The notes: generated by a model from the sequence alone, not told the origin. Counted from the stretch's first letter, positions 29,001-39,763 are shown. The stretch: 64,000 nucleotides of DNA from Myxococcota bacterium (GCA_963676915.2 CAXXVK010000060.1:207028-271027); one strand, 5' to 3'. Made by a program: numbers and translations.

Positions 29001-30975
29001 CCAGCTTGCGGTCGCGAATGATCTGGCTGTCGCCACCGAGATAGTAACCCATCAACTCGATGGTACCGGAAATGGTGGGATCGAGAGTCAGGGTGTAAGT
29101 TCCTTTGCCGTTTTCCAACTCAACGATGGTCATGAGATAGGTCTGGCCGTTTTTGATCAGGTCCAGATAGACCCGATCCGGCATGTGGGCGGCTTCCCAG
29201 CCGTCATTGGTGGCAACGACCTCGATCTGCATCGAATCCCCTACCTTATAAATGGGGCGATCGGTACGAACAATGACGTATTCGTGGGTAGATTCCGGTG
29301 TGAAATCAAAGGTTTTCTTGACCGAATCGCCGTTGGAAGTTTTGGCTTCCACTTCCAGGCGAACGTCGCTGTCATCGGTGGTGACTTCCGGTGTAAAACG
29401 GAACTCGGCCAGTCCCTGGGCATCGGTTTCGACCTCGGCCACAGTGGTGTCACCGGATTTCACGGTAGCGCTCAGCGCCAGCGGGCGTCCCAAAGGATTC
29501 GTGCCCAGCAGGAAGAAGCGGTTTTCGACTCCCGGCACGACAGAACCGGTTTCGGGAACCACGGTGACGGCCAAAGCGTCGTCCACGACAAGCAGGGTTT
29601 CGTTTTTCACAAGCTTATGACCGGCGGAATCCACGACGGTGATTTCCAAAAAGGCATAGGCTCCGCCCTGGTCCAGCGCCGAACCGACGAAGTAGGAAGG
29701 AAGCGAAAGGTCGAAGTCGAAGGAACCTTCGTCGTTGAATTGACCGTTCACCGTCTGAAATGGCACCATTTCCACATCGAAGGTGCTGGCGATGATCTGC
29801 ACGTCACCCGCTACGGGCTTTCCGAAAAAGTAATCGGCTTGGATACCGGCATGCACCACTTCGCCCGGCTGATACCAGGAACTGTCGGCGGAAAACTCCA
29901 CGGCGTACTTGGGAAGAGCGTATTTCTCGACGGTAACCGTCTTTTCGGCTGCGAAATCGCCGACTTCGGCGGTAATCGTGTATTCGCCTTCATTAACCAG
30001 CGAGGCCAGCCGCCAGCTTGTGGCCGCCACACCCCATTCACTGGTTTCACCCTGTTCCTTGAACACTTTGTTGCCCTTGGGATCGGTCACCCAGAAGGTC
30101 ACGGGCGTACCTTCCACGGGAACCAGCAAAGGACGCCGCAGGGCTAGCGCACGCATGTGAATCAATTGACCGGGCTGGTACATCGGCTTGTCGGTGGTGA
30201 GCAGGATCTTGCTCTCGCGCTCGATCACCACGCCCGCGACCGTCTGCTTATTGCTGCCGTCGGGGGCTTGAACGTCCACCGAAAGATCGCGAGAACCGAA
30301 CTCGCCATCGGGAAGCGAGACTTTGATATCGGCCATGCCCATTTCGTCGGTGGTGGCCTGGATCAGATCCTGGCTGTTGCCATCGGCATCCACGAGGGCG
30401 ATGTTGGCGGTGGCGCCTTCGACCGGTTTTCCGTTGTTGGGGTTGCGCGCCAGCACTTTATAGTAGCTTTCACCGGCCTCGAACAGCTTCGAGCTGCCCA
30501 TGACTTTGACCTGCACGAAACGGTAGGTGGAGAACAGCGAGCGCGTACCCCAGATGCGACCGTCGTTGCTACGGGCATCGAAACGCAGGATGTAAGACGC
30601 CGATGCTTCGTCATCGAAGTCTGCGGGCAGGCCGTCTAAGGTGATTTCCTGAACCGCTTCACCTTCATCCTGAGTGATTTCCAGAGAGTTTTTAAGGACT
30701 TCCTGGTTCTGGATGTCATCAAGGTACACGTCCAGGACAAATTTCGACGATCCGTCTTTAACTTCGATCGGCACGAAAACGGAAAGCTGAGAACCTTCGG
30801 CTACGGCTTCGATTCGTTCCTCATCGATGGCGAGGTTGCCGCTTTGCCAGTTGTCGCCAGGACCGAGTTCGACATTGCCGTCGTCGTTGTTATTGCCGCT
30901 GTCATTCGAGCAGCCGGGAAAACCGCCCCAGGCAACAAACGCCCACAGCAGCAATAGCAGGCTCAGTTTCTTCAT
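26047..30975 (-). CDS. Alpha-2-macroglobulin family lipoprotein with intact thioester motif
   Basis: Lipobox-like FPGC; TDKPMYQPG (MG2), VRTWFPETL, DSITSW, GCFEQ thioester (27484-27495), GYQRLL, DIGLPPGF. Confidence 0.95.
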   Translation of the reverse strand: MKKLSLLLLLWAFVAWGGFPGCSNDSGNNNDDGNVELGPGDNWQSGNLAIDEERIEAVAEGSQLSVFVPIEVKDGSSKFVLDVYLDDIQNQEVLKNSLEITQDEGEAVQEITLDGLPADFDDEASASYILRFDARSNDGRIWGTRSLFSTYRFVQVKVMGSSKLFEAGESYYKVLARNPNNGKPVEGATANIALVDADGNSQDLIQATTDEMGMADIKVSLPDGEFGSRDLSVDVQAPDGSNKQTVAGVVIERESKILLTTDKPMYQPGQLIHMRALALRRPLLVPVEGTPVTFWVTDPKGNKVFKEQGETSEWGVAATSWRLASLVNEGEYTITAEVGDFAAEKTVTVEKYALPKYAVEFSADSSWYQPGEVVHAGIQADYFFGKPVAGDVQIIASTFDVEMVPFQTVNGQFNDEGSFDFDLSLPSYFVGSALDQGGAYAFLEITVVDSAGHKLVKNETLLVVDDALAVTVVPETGSVVPGVENRFFLLGTNPLGRPLALSATVKSGDTTVAEVETDAQGLAEFRFTPEVTTDDSDVRLEVEAKTSNGDSVKKTFDFTPESTHEYVIVRTDRPIYKVGDSMQIEVVATNDGWEAAHMPDRVYLDLIKNGQTYLMTIVELENGKGTYTLTLDPTISGTIELMGYYLGGDSQIIRDRKLAFVELANSLTVEIKPTDPDKETFLPREVAGIELQVRDDEGNGVPAVVGVQVVDEAVYALSDMKPGLEKVYFSLEEELMTPRYEIHGFSSSDLLEPEPEDATEAQEREALAEVYLAATGSDEAYGVNIDTFAAVAASAKTIAETAVQSDMEELLGFMQAMANSGVITEISDLEDWVQTRNSSQFVYDPWGHAYRFELDTNNYVFKMTSAGLDEKWNSEDDVTMQSYFYFYDGYFGHEGDEGRWDDGLALDGDQAGGGNWAEPSAEEPNEGKGTEDEGEDPEVHVRTWFPETLFVDPEVITDDDGKAELNVLMADSITSWRMTALASSLRGQIGSNVGNIIVFKDFFVDIDFPATLTQNDIVHVPVVVYNYLTEEQEVTLEAEAGEWVRFLGERSVTVTVAPNSVKGFYFPVEVLKVGTFTFKATAFGEDPLAADAIERSIQVMPDGKEFREAKSARLTGDVTVNVAMPENAIEGGNHLLVKIYPGLFSQVVEGLDSMLQMPSGCFEQTSSSTYPNVLVLDYLVQTEQNTPEIELKAREYINQGYQRLLSYEVDGGGFEWFGSDPAHRVLTAYGLMEFHDMSMVHDVDPAVITRTQDWLLTLVESDGHYEFDAGGIHEGATNNFTDSHLRTTAYIVWALTETGRTGSDVTRSINWIKSHRSEAQDDYTRALIAHAILSADPNDTVAYDVLNDLFLSRIEDESGVHWKAEGASEMYSRGDGAAMELTALIGQAFIKAGFHTELMGPITDWLLSKKGAFGEWSSTQGTIQALRFFLASLGAEVESADATIGIYANEQYAGDITVNDSNKEVLQDIDITNYLQAGQNSVKLQVTGEGNLMYSVVSIYWLPTADDPYSDIQGPLNIDISYDKTQLTVDDIVTATVTISNTLPNTIQKMLLVDIGLPPGFDLVSTPLDDMVAAGQLQKWEHPGRQLVLYIEKVMPQQSWVGTYQLRATYPMEGSSGPAEVHPYYDPEEETAHAPQQFVVTE

Positions 30976-31055
30976 GATGTACCCCTTTCTATCCAGTCAA
31001 AAGCTTTAAAAACTTTACACATCGCTAAATGGTTTTTGTAACCTTGATAATAGCA

Positions 31056-31072
31056 AGCAAATAGCAAGCCAA
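31056..31072 (-). promoter_or_regulatory. Sigma54 (-24/-12) promoter candidate for the A2M gene
   Basis: Minus strand TTGGCTTGCTATTTGCT (GG-N10-GC); IHF-like ATTCAA-TAAG-TTA at 31110-31122. Confidence 0.6.
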
Positions 31073-31282
31073 GACGGGACATTTTTCAGAACCTCTCAAA
31101 GATCAATCAATTCAATAAGTTATACTGTTATTGGGATTTTCTTTGGCGGACTTCTCGTTTTTTGTCAATCTCTCTTGACAACCGAAGTGTACAGTTTTCG
31201 AGAAGCCTTCGTTCGCTTTCGATTGGATATCATGGTATGGCACCCTGAAAACATGCAAAGGTTTGGGTCGAAGGAAAATCGT

Positions 31283-32896
31283 ATGAGAAATTGTATTTAT
31301 TTAACGATTACAATCTGTTGGATGTCTATGTGCATGATTCTCGGCTGTAGCACCGACGCTGGAACGACTCCATCGGGTGGCGACACGGAATCCGACAGCC
31401 TAGAAGAATCCGAAACCCTGGAACAAGCGCTGTCCTTCGAGTTTGTCCGAACGGACGACTCGGAACCTCTGGAAGAGGAACAAACCCGGCAATTCAGCGA
31501 AACGATGCGCGATTTCTACCGATCCACCGGGTATTTCGACTGGCTGCTTCGAATGAGTCACGGGGTCGATGCCTCTACCGGCAAACGGGATTATCGCTTG
31601 TGGTGGGGAGATACCCATGCCCTCAAGGAAAACGGAGTCGTGACCATCGTTCACGATTATTCGGAAGAACACGGTGGCCACAATATTCTCAAGTCCAATT
31701 CGATGATTCTGGCCTCCGTCATCGGCGGGTATCTGATCACCGGAGATGCGACCTTGGCGAAGCTGTCCGAGTTGTACTGCAAGGGGATTTCCTCGACCAT
31801 GCTGGGTATGGTTCACGACGAGTCGGACGACATTCACCATCTGATGGCCCGGAATGTCGTGACGTTCAACCACGAATATACGACGCACGACGGGTACTCG
31901 AAAGCCGTGGATTATTCCAACTGGTTCTTTTCCTACGACCGCTGGAATTGCTCGCGATTTCAGTATGTTGACAATCCTTATTGGGGTGAGGTCTGGGTAA
32001 CGAACACCCGCTCGAAAGACGGAATGGGCTACCTTTTTCTAGCCACTTCGGCGGTTCGGGAGGCGATGCTTAGAGCCGGTGATGAAGCGGTTCGCGATGC
32101 CTGTGGGGAAACGTTCGAGTTGCTACAGGAGTTTGCCGGGGATATCGTCGAGCACGACGACCGCATCCGCACCAAGGACGCCGACGGTGTGGCCTACATC
32201 CCCGGAGCGGATACCGGCCCCCCGGAGGCGGATACGGGGGATCTGGCGTCGTTCACGGCCTGGGATCTTCTCTTTCCCGACGCCGAATGCAACAACAAGC
32301 AAGTGGTTCGTCTGATTGCCCATGACGAACCGCGAGAAACACCCTGCACGCCCTTCGGTGGCGATCCGATCTACGAAATTCAGTCGATTCAACATAATGC
32401 CCCCAATGGACACATCATGCGGGCGTATCATATCGCTTTGATTCGCTGGGCTTTGAATCATGGATACGACGATATGGCACGGACTTCTCTGGAAGGTTTG
32501 GAAGAACGTTTCGAACGGGATCGCACGATGGATTTGTCCAAGGTGAATTCGGCCCCGGACCGCTGGTTAAGGGATATCGCCATCAACTGGATTCAAGCGG
32601 CAGGGGCGGGTTATCCGTTGACCGCCGAGGAAGTACGACAGGTTCATGAGTATTTTACTCGGGCCGTCGAGACGTTTTCGGCGTTTCCCGAATGGAATCT
32701 CTGGGACGCTTCCCTATCGGACGGGGAATACGATTGGAAACCACCCAGTTCGAAAACATTGGACAGCGGAGAACAAATCCAATGGATGGGCGCAGAGTCG
32801 ATGGGGCTGTTGTTGGAATACTGCCTCTCTCCTTACAAAAATCCTGCTGGGGTGGACTTGGTGGATTGCGATATCCTGGCGGAATTTGTAAAATAG
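31283..32896 (+). CDS. Hypothetical lipoprotein
   Basis: Long ORF with normal codon use; AAGGA RBS; MRNCIYL...MILGC lipobox followed by an S/T/D/E linker; no family recognised. Confidence 0.8.
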   Translation: MRNCIYLTITICWMSMCMILGCSTDAGTTPSGGDTESDSLEESETLEQALSFEFVRTDDSEPLEEEQTRQFSETMRDFYRSTGYFDWLLRMSHGVDASTGKRDYRLWWGDTHALKENGVVTIVHDYSEEHGGHNILKSNSMILASVIGGYLITGDATLAKLSELYCKGISSTMLGMVHDESDDIHHLMARNVVTFNHEYTTHDGYSKAVDYSNWFFSYDRWNCSRFQYVDNPYWGEVWVTNTRSKDGMGYLFLATSAVREAMLRAGDEAVRDACGETFELLQEFAGDIVEHDDRIRTKDADGVAYIPGADTGPPEADTGDLASFTAWDLLFPDAECNNKQVVRLIAHDEPRETPCTPFGGDPIYEIQSIQHNAPNGHIMRAYHIALIRWALNHGYDDMARTSLEGLEERFERDRTMDLSKVNSAPDRWLRDIAINWIQAAGAGYPLTAEEVRQVHEYFTRAVETFSAFPEWNLWDASLSDGEYDWKPPSSKTLDSGEQIQWMGAESMGLLLEYCLSPYKNPAGVDLVDCDILAEFVK

Positions 32897-33030
32897 CTTT
32901 TCAAGCTACGAACATCGATGGCATATCCTTTCGATAAACCATAAAAAGGATAGATGAATTCACAAACGAATGGCGAAGTGTATTCGTCGAAGAAATCCTA
33001 ATTTTCCGCTTTTGGCAGCATGAGGATGCT

Positions 33031-33780
33031 ATGGAAAACGTCGTACAGCAGGTCGTATCGTTTTTTGTCCGCAACTTTCCATCCACAACATTGCTGTTGA
33101 CCTTGGGACCGTTGGGAATTGGCTGGTCTCTGTGTTGCCTGTGGTTTGCCGGAAAACTGAAAAGAGATCATGGATGGAAAACAGGTTATTCTCGCAAAAC
33201 CTTTCATTTCCTTACATTTTTCAGCGTCGCGATTCTCCAGGTTACATTGGGAACTCCGGCAGTATGCTTGTTTGGAGGCATGACGAGTCTCGTCATTCTG
33301 TACAGCCTGATCCAAGGGGATGGAAATGTTCTTTACGAAGCGATGGCGCGTGAAAAGGACGCACCGCACCGAACGTATTTCATTGTAGCGCCTTATTTTG
33401 CAACGTTGACAGGTGGACTCCTGGGGAACATCTTGTTTACGCAAGCCGCTTTGATAGGATACCTTGCCGCAGGAGTTGGCGACGCGGCGGGAGAGGTTGT
33501 AGGCACCCGTTTCGGGCGGCATATCTATAAAGTAAAGGGATTACGCGGAGTCGAGGCTATTCGTTCTTGGGAAGGCTCTGCCGGAGTTTTCATTTTCTGC
33601 CTGCTTGCGCTGTGTTTGGGAGTTTCGATTTCCCCGATTTTTTCATTTTCGTTGAGTTCTTTCTATTTACTTCCTGCAATTGCCCTTGTCTGTGCTGTTG
33701 TAGAGGCGGTTTCTCCCCATGGTTGGGATAATTTCACCATGCAGGTCATTCCTTCCGGGTTGGCGCTTCTCTTCTTGTAG
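33031..33780 (+). CDS. Phytol/dolichol kinase or cytidylyltransferase-like membrane protein
   Basis: SRKTFH, GVGDAAGEVVGTRFG, RSWEGS, GWDNFT motifs; multiple TM helices. Confidence 0.85.
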   Translation: MENVVQQVVSFFVRNFPSTTLLLTLGPLGIGWSLCCLWFAGKLKRDHGWKTGYSRKTFHFLTFFSVAILQVTLGTPAVCLFGGMTSLVILYSLIQGDGNVLYEAMAREKDAPHRTYFIVAPYFATLTGGLLGNILFTQAALIGYLAAGVGDAAGEVVGTRFGRHIYKVKGLRGVEAIRSWEGSAGVFIFCLLALCLGVSISPIFSFSLSSFYLLPAIALVCAVVEAVSPHGWDNFTMQVIPSGLALLFL

Positions 33781-33816
33781 AAACCGTAATTTCAAAGATT
33801 TCCCCGAAAATCAGCC

Positions 33817-33851
33817 AAAAAAACGGCCTGAGGGTTTGCCCCTCAGGCCGT
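33817..33851 (-). terminator. Rho-independent terminator of lon
   Basis: ACGGCCTGAGGG-N5-CCCTCAGGCCGT with a T-tract on the minus strand. Confidence 0.85.
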
Positions 33852-33877
33852 CATGATTTCAGGTAAGTATCGAAGAC

Positions 33878-36391
33878 TTACGCCGTTCCGGAGTGGGAAT
33901 CGGCATCCAGTCCAAAGGCTTTGCCGGGAGAGGTTTTGGCTCCCCGCCAGGGTCGCGCCAAGGCGATATCCAACACTTCGTCCATGTGGGAAACCAGGTG
34001 CAGATTCATGGCTTTGCGAATGTTGGCCGGAACTTCTTTGAGGTCTTTTTCGTTTTCGGCAGGCAAAATCACGTCTTTGATGTTGTAACGATGGGCGGCC
34101 ATGATTTTCTCTTTGACCCCACCGATGGGCAACACGCGGCCACGCAGAGTGATTTCACCAGTCATCGCGACGTCATGACGCACGGGAATGCCGGAAACCG
34201 CCGACATCAGTGTCGTGATGATCGTCACACCGGCAGAGGGTCCATCCTTGGGTACGGCACCCTCGGGGGCGTGAATGTGGATATCGATGTTCTGGAAGAA
34301 ATCGCGGTCCAGACCCAGCGCATCGGCCTGAGCTTTAACCCACGACAGCGCCGCCTGTCCCGATTCCTTCATCACATCGCCGAGTTTACCGGTGAGCATC
34401 AACCCGCCCTTGCCATGGGAAATCAGCGTCTCGATCTGCAACAGCACGCCACCCACTTCGGTCCAGGCCAGACCGTTGGACAGCCCGATGCGATCTTCTT
34501 TTTCCACCGGATCCTTGAGGAATTTCTGCACGCCGAGCAGTTTCCCCAAATGCTGTGCCGTGATTTTATGCTGTTGCTTTTTGTCGGCTTTTTTTCCTTC
34601 TTTAAGCACCTGAACCGCCGTTTTGCGCATCAGCTTAGCGATTTCACGCTCCAGGTTACGCACACCGGCTTCACGAGTGTAGCCGTTGACGATATCCAGC
34701 AGCGCACCATCGGTAATCGACACGTTGAAATCGGCCAGACCGTTGGCTTTCTGCTGTTTCGGAATCAGGTAACGCTTGGCGATTTCAAGCTTTTCGTGCT
34801 CGGTGTAACCGGGCAGCTCGATGATTTCCATCCGGTCTTTCAACGCGGGTGGAATGTTTTGCAGGTAATTCGCCGTGGTGAGGAACATCACCTTGGACAA
34901 GTCGTAATCGACATCCAGATAGTGATCGTTGAAGTTGTGATTCTGCTCGGGGTCGAGGGCTTCGAGCAAAGCACTCGACGGATCGCCCCGGTAATCGGAG
35001 CTGAGTTTGTCCACTTCGTCGAGCAAAAACACGGGGTTGCAGGCACCCGCTTTTTTCATGCTCTGGATCAGTTTGCCCGGCAGCGCTCCGATGTAGGTCC
35101 GGCGGTGGCCGCGAATCTCGGCTTCGTCCCGCACGCCACCGAGTGACAGACGGACGAACTTGCGCCCCGTGGCGCGAGCGATAGACATGGCGATGGATGT
35201 TTTACCGACGCCGGGAGGACCGACGAAGCAAAGGATCGGTCCTTTCAACTCACCCACCAGACTGTGCACGGCAAGGTATTCGAGAATGCGTTCTTTGGGC
35301 TTTTCGAGGCCGTAGTGATCCTCTTCAAGCACCTCGTTGGCATGGTCGATGTCGTTGATTTCGTCGGTGTAGCTATCCCAGGGCACCGACAGCATCCAAT
35401 CGAGATAATTGCGCACCACAGTCGCTTCGGCGCTCATCGGCGACATCATTTTGAGTTTTTTCAACTCTTTGGTCGCCTTCGTGCGAGCTTCCTCGCTGAG
35501 TGCGGTTGTCTCGATGAGTTCTTCCAACTCATTCAATTCATTACGGAATTCGTCCTGCTCGGAGCCGTCGCGAGGTGGTCCTTCCGGGGGCATGCCCGGC
35601 GGTCCCTGGCGATCCATCTGCTTTTTGATCCGAGACTTGATGCGTCGTTCCACCTGAAGAATTTCGATCTCGCGCTGGAGGATTTCGTACAGTTTCTCCA
35701 ACCGCTCGATGGGATCGACCGTTTCCAGAAGATCCTGACGTTCTTTGATTTTCAGGTTGAGCGACAGCACGATGGTGTCGGCAAAATGCGAAGGATTGGC
35801 AATGGCGTTGAGCGACTTGAGCACGTCCTTCGGAATCTTTTTGGCGTGGTCCAGATAGGTTTCGAACGACGAGGTCACCGAACGGCGCAGCGCTTTGAGT
35901 TCCACGTTGTCGGAAACCGTCTCGTCCAGACGCTCCACCTCAACTTCGAAGTAATCGGAGGTACGGGTATACACATCGATATTGACCCGCTGAATTCCCT
36001 CGACCAGCACCCGGATGGTTCCATCGGGAAGTTTCAGGATCTGGTTGATTTTACTAAGGGTTCCGACGGAAAAGACATCTTTGGGGTCCGGCTCGTTCTG
36101 TTTCGGCAGTTTCTGGGTGGCGAGCACGATTTCCTTGTTGCGCGCCATTGCCTTGTTTAATGCGTTGATTGATCGCTCCCGACCGACGAACAGCGGGACC
36201 ATCATTTGCGGAAAAATCACGACATCGCGCAACGGTAAAAGCGGATACACGTTTTCTCGCGGGGGTGTCGAGTCTTTGTTGTTTGCTGAACTCATCGAAT
36301 CTACATCCTTTCGGAAAACCGCCGACGAAAACGCCTGCGGTGTCGTATCTCTTGACTCGGGTTCGGGCTGCGCTTCGTTTCGTGAATTCAA
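33878..36391 (-). CDS. lon: ATP-dependent protease La (LonA); alternative start at 36295
   Basis: LLPLRD N-domain, [25 protein letters not shown] catalytic Ser, IGGVKEK. Confidence 0.97.
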   Translation of the reverse strand: MNSRNEAQPEPESRDTTPQAFSSAVFRKDVDSMSSANNKDSTPPRENVYPLLPLRDVVIFPQMMVPLFVGRERSINALNKAMARNKEIVLATQKLPKQNEPDPKDVFSVGTLSKINQILKLPDGTIRVLVEGIQRVNIDVYTRTSDYFEVEVERLDETVSDNVELKALRRSVTSSFETYLDHAKKIPKDVLKSLNAIANPSHFADTIVLSLNLKIKERQDLLETVDPIERLEKLYEILQREIEILQVERRIKSRIKKQMDRQGPPGMPPEGPPRDGSEQDEFRNELNELEELIETTALSEEARTKATKELKKLKMMSPMSAEATVVRNYLDWMLSVPWDSYTDEINDIDHANEVLEEDHYGLEKPKERILEYLAVHSLVGELKGPILCFVGPPGVGKTSIAMSIARATGRKFVRLSLGGVRDEAEIRGHRRTYIGALPGKLIQSMKKAGACNPVFLLDEVDKLSSDYRGDPSSALLEALDPEQNHNFNDHYLDVDYDLSKVMFLTTANYLQNIPPALKDRMEIIELPGYTEHEKLEIAKRYLIPKQQKANGLADFNVSITDGALLDIVNGYTREAGVRNLEREIAKLMRKTAVQVLKEGKKADKKQQHKITAQHLGKLLGVQKFLKDPVEKEDRIGLSNGLAWTEVGGVLLQIETLISHGKGGLMLTGKLGDVMKESGQAALSWVKAQADALGLDRDFFQNIDIHIHAPEGAVPKDGPSAGVTIITTLMSAVSGIPVRHDVAMTGEITLRGRVLPIGGVKEKIMAAHRYNIKDVILPAENEKDLKEVPANIRKAMNLHLVSHMDEVLDIALARPWRGAKTSPGKAFGLDADSHSGTA

Positions 36392-36556
36392 CAGCCTCCC
36401 AGTTTAATAGTAGGCTTTTTTTGCGCCGAAGCAAGCGTAAAAACGCTGCCCACGTCCCCCGTTTTCAAATCTTTTGTAATGAATTCAACGAGTTACTTCC
36501 TAAAGAAAAAGCGCTGAATCCATGAGTTCGATCGGATGATCGGCTTGGAGGGTATC

Positions 36557-37795
36557 TTACGCCGTTTCGTCCAGTTCCGAATCTTCCTGATAGACGATCA
36601 CGGGCTTGGCTCCCTCGGTAATGACCTCTTTGTTGATCAGCACTTCCCGAATGTCGTTTCGGGAAGGGATTTCGTACATGATTTCCAGCATCACTTTTTC
36701 AAGGATCGTCCGCAAACCGCGTGCCCCGGATTTCTGCTTGATGGCTTGTTCCGCCACGGCGATCAGACTGGCTTCGTCGAAACGCAGTCCCACTTCATCG
36801 ATCTCGAACAGCTTGGTGTACTGCTTGGTCAGGGCGTCTTTGGGTTCGCTCAAAATACTGACCAGGGCTTCTTCGTCCAGTTCGTGCAAAGCAGCGACGA
36901 CCGGCACGCGGCCGACGAACTCGGGAATCAGGCCGTACTTGATCAAATCTTCATTGGCCACCTGGGAAAACAGCTCGCCGAGCGGTTTTTCTTCCACGCT
37001 TTTCACGTCGGCCCCGAAGCCCATGGCTTTGACACCGATGCGGTCCTCGATGATTTTTTCCAACCCGGAAAACGCCCCGCCCGTGATGAACAGCACGTGG
37101 GTGGTGTCCATCGGCAGAAATTCCTGTTGCGGATGCTTGCGTCCGCCCTTGGGCGGCAAATTGGCGATGGTGCCTTCCAGAATTTTCAAAAGCGCCTGTT
37201 GGACGCCTTCGCCGGACACGTCTCGGGTGATCGAAGGGTTTTCGCTTTTGCGGGCGATTTTATCCACTTCGTCGATGTAAATGATGCCTCGACAGGCGCG
37301 CTCCATGTTGTTGTCGGCCACTTGCACGAGGTTCACCAGGATGTTTTCCACGTCTTCGCCCACGTACCCGGCTTCGGTCAGGTTGGTGGCGTCGGCGATG
37401 GCGAACGGCACGTCCAGAATCTTCGCAAGGGTTCGGGCCAACAGGGTTTTTCCCGTTCCCGTGGGACCGATGAGCATAATGTTGCTCTTGGCCAGTTCCA
37501 CATCATGCATGTGGCCCTTGTAGTTGATCCGTTTGTAATGATTGTACACCGCGACCGACAAAATCCGTTTGGCGGCTTCCTGACCGATCACGTATTCATC
37601 GAGTCGTTTTTTGATCTGCTTCGGCTTGGGAACTTTGAACGTCTGGCTTAGTTCGTCGCTCTTGCCGATTTCTTCTTCAATGATTTCATTGCACAGTGCG
37701 ATGCATTCATCGCAAATATACGCCGAAGGTCCGGCGATCAGTTTTTTAACCTCGCGTTGGCTTTTGTGGCAAAACGAGCAGCGAAGTTCTTTCAT
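36557..37795 (-). CDS. clpX: ATP-dependent Clp protease ATP-binding subunit ClpX
   Basis: CSFC...CDEC zinc finger, [27 protein letters not shown] loop. Confidence 0.98.
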   Translation of the reverse strand: MKELRCSFCHKSQREVKKLIAGPSAYICDECIALCNEIIEEEIGKSDELSQTFKVPKPKQIKKRLDEYVIGQEAAKRILSVAVYNHYKRINYKGHMHDVELAKSNIMLIGPTGTGKTLLARTLAKILDVPFAIADATNLTEAGYVGEDVENILVNLVQVADNNMERACRGIIYIDEVDKIARKSENPSITRDVSGEGVQQALLKILEGTIANLPPKGGRKHPQQEFLPMDTTHVLFITGGAFSGLEKIIEDRIGVKAMGFGADVKSVEEKPLGELFSQVANEDLIKYGLIPEFVGRVPVVAALHELDEEALVSILSEPKDALTKQYTKLFEIDEVGLRFDEASLIAVAEQAIKQKSGARGLRTILEKVMLEIMYEIPSRNDIREVLINKEVITEGAKPVIVYQEDSELDETA

Positions 37796-38015
37796 AGTCT
37801 CTCCAATTCATGCCCCTTGAGCTTTCGGGCAACCGGGGCCGGTCAACAAAGGGAGCGAACTCCCGAAACATATCAGCCCAATCTATATATCGTTCCATAT
37901 TCGACGAACTGAATGATCTCCATCACGCGAAAGGCTCTTTTTCCTTTTCTTTATCGATACTTTCACCTCACCACACTCTATCCAGACAACGATGCGCAAG
38001 ATCTAGAAAGCCGGG

Positions 38016-38615
38016 CTATTTTTCCTCGACCTCTTCTTTGTGGGACAACAGCTTGTCTACCAATCCGTATTCGATGGCTTCTTTCGCCGTCATGTAGTAG
38101 TCCCGATCGGTGTCTTTTTCGACCTTCTCCAGCGGCTGCCCGGTGTGCTCGGCCAGCAAGCCGTTCAAGGTCTTTTTCCAGCGCAGGATTTCCTTGGCGT
38201 GGATGTCGATGTCCGTGGCTTGTCCCTGGAATCCACCGAGCGGCTGGTGGATCATCACGCGGGAATGCGGCAAGGCGTAGCGTTTGCCCTTGGTTCCTCC
38301 GGTGAGCAGCACCGATCCCATGCTGGCGGCCATACCCATGCAGAATGTCGCCACGTCGGGGCGGATGTACTGCATCGTGTCGTAGATCGCCATGCCTGCG
38401 GTAATCACGCCGCCGGGACTGTTGATGTAAAGATGGATGTCCCGCTCGGGGTCTTCGGATTCGAGAAACAGAAGCTGGGCCACCACCACGCTTGCCAAGG
38501 TTTCGTCAATGGCCTGGCCGATGAACACGATACGCTCTTTCAAGAGCCGGGAATAAATGTCGTAGCTTCTTTCGCCCCGGTGGGACTGTTCGACCACTAT
38601 GGGAACCAGCGTCAT
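38016..38615 (-). CDS. clpP: ATP-dependent Clp protease proteolytic subunit ClpP
   Basis: [29 protein letters not shown]. Confidence 0.98.
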   Translation of the reverse strand: MTLVPIVVEQSHRGERSYDIYSRLLKERIVFIGQAIDETLASVVVAQLLFLESEDPERDIHLYINSPGGVITAGMAIYDTMQYIRPDVATFCMGMAASMGSVLLTGGTKGKRYALPHSRVMIHQPLGGFQGQATDIDIHAKEILRWKKTLNGLLAEHTGQPLEKVEKDTDRDYYMTAKEAIEYGLVDKLLSHKEEVEEK

Positions 38616-38821
38616 GGTTTCTCCTCCATCCGAATCGGTAAAAGTCGTGAATTCCGATCAAAGAATTGTATCCAGAACAATTGTAGCGCAGGAATACACA
38701 AAAGCAAGACGGTAGGGAAGGGACAAGACGATTATTTCACGTCAAGTCGTGACAAAACGCATCAAAACGTTCATTCGGGGGGAAGAACGTTCGAAATCCT
38801 TATCCTAGAAACAAGAGAAAA

Positions 38822-39763
38822 CTAACGAATAGCCAAAGCACCTTCGTGCTCCAGACAATCTTTGTAGGCAACGGTTTCGGACAAGGCGAGGTAGATGTTC
38901 ATCATATCGAGTTTTCCGAATTGCAATTGTGCGATGTCGTAGATCGTTGCATTTTTTTGCGTTTCGAAATGTTTTTTGAACGTTTCTTTGCGCTTCTGGA
39001 TAAACACCCGATTTTCTTCGATTCGCCCTCCCACATCGTCGATGATCGGCCCGTGACCGGGAAACGCTTTTGCGGGAAGGTTTTGTTCCAACGTATCCAA
39101 GGACGATATATATTGAATCAGGCTCGATGACCGCCGGTAGCCGTTGTCCGGGTCGAAATAGAGAAGAGGGTTCGGGGTAATGTGAGGGAGAAGATGATCG
39201 CCGGTGAATCCGACACCCGCGTCCCGGTCCACCAGACAGATATGATCCGGGCTGTGACCCGGCGTATGGAGAACGGTCAACGTCAGATCGTCCAGCTCGA
39301 TACGGTCGCCATGCGATACGGTGATGGTGTTTTCCGGAAAATCGCCCTGTGGTTCGAAGATTTTTCCGGCGTTGAATGCCTCGTACATTCCGTCGATCGT
39401 TTTTTGCGATACACCGCATTCGTGCAGAAATCTCCGGGCGTGGATTTCCTCTTCCTTGTCGCGGTGTAGTCGCCTGGGTGTCAAGGTGTGAACATACAAC
39501 GTGGCTCCGCTTCGACGGCAGATATCGAAGGAGTTCCCGGAATGATCGAGGTGGGCGTGGGTCACGATCACCTGCCGGAGATCCTCGACACGAAACCCCA
39601 ACCCGTTCAAGCCGTTTTCAAGCGCTTCCATACCCGGTGGATAACGCACCCCGGTATCTACGAGGGTAAGCGGCGAACTTTCGATCAAATAGGCGTTGAT
39701 ATCTCCCACGGCAAACGGTGTAGGAAGGGGAAGGGAATGGATTCGTTCGGAAGTAGATGTCAT
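38822..39763 (-). CDS. MBL-fold metallo-hydrolase
   Basis: LVDTG, THAHLDH, TPGHSPDH, TGDH, PGHG. Confidence 0.92.
   Translation of the reverse strand: MTSTSERIHSLPLPTPFAVGDINAYLIESSPLTLVDTGVRYPPGMEALENGLNGLGFRVEDLRQVIVTHAHLDHSGNSFDICRRSGATLYVHTLTPRRLHRDKEEEIHARRFLHECGVSQKTIDGMYEAFNAGKIFEPQGDFPENTITVSHGDRIELDDLTLTVLHTPGHSPDHICLVDRDAGVGFTGDHLLPHITPNPLLYFDPDNGYRRSSSLIQYISSLDTLEQNLPAKAFPGHGPIIDDVGGRIEENRVFIQKRKETFKKHFETQKNATIYDIAQLQFGKLDMMNIYLALSETVAYKDCLEHEGALAIR

Noticed and set aside
27919-30147. Long antisense ORFs (also 5870..7747, 47251..49026, 59415..61049, 61419..63914)
   Set aside because: They mirror well-supported genes on the opposite strand, have no motifs, and are expected from codon bias.
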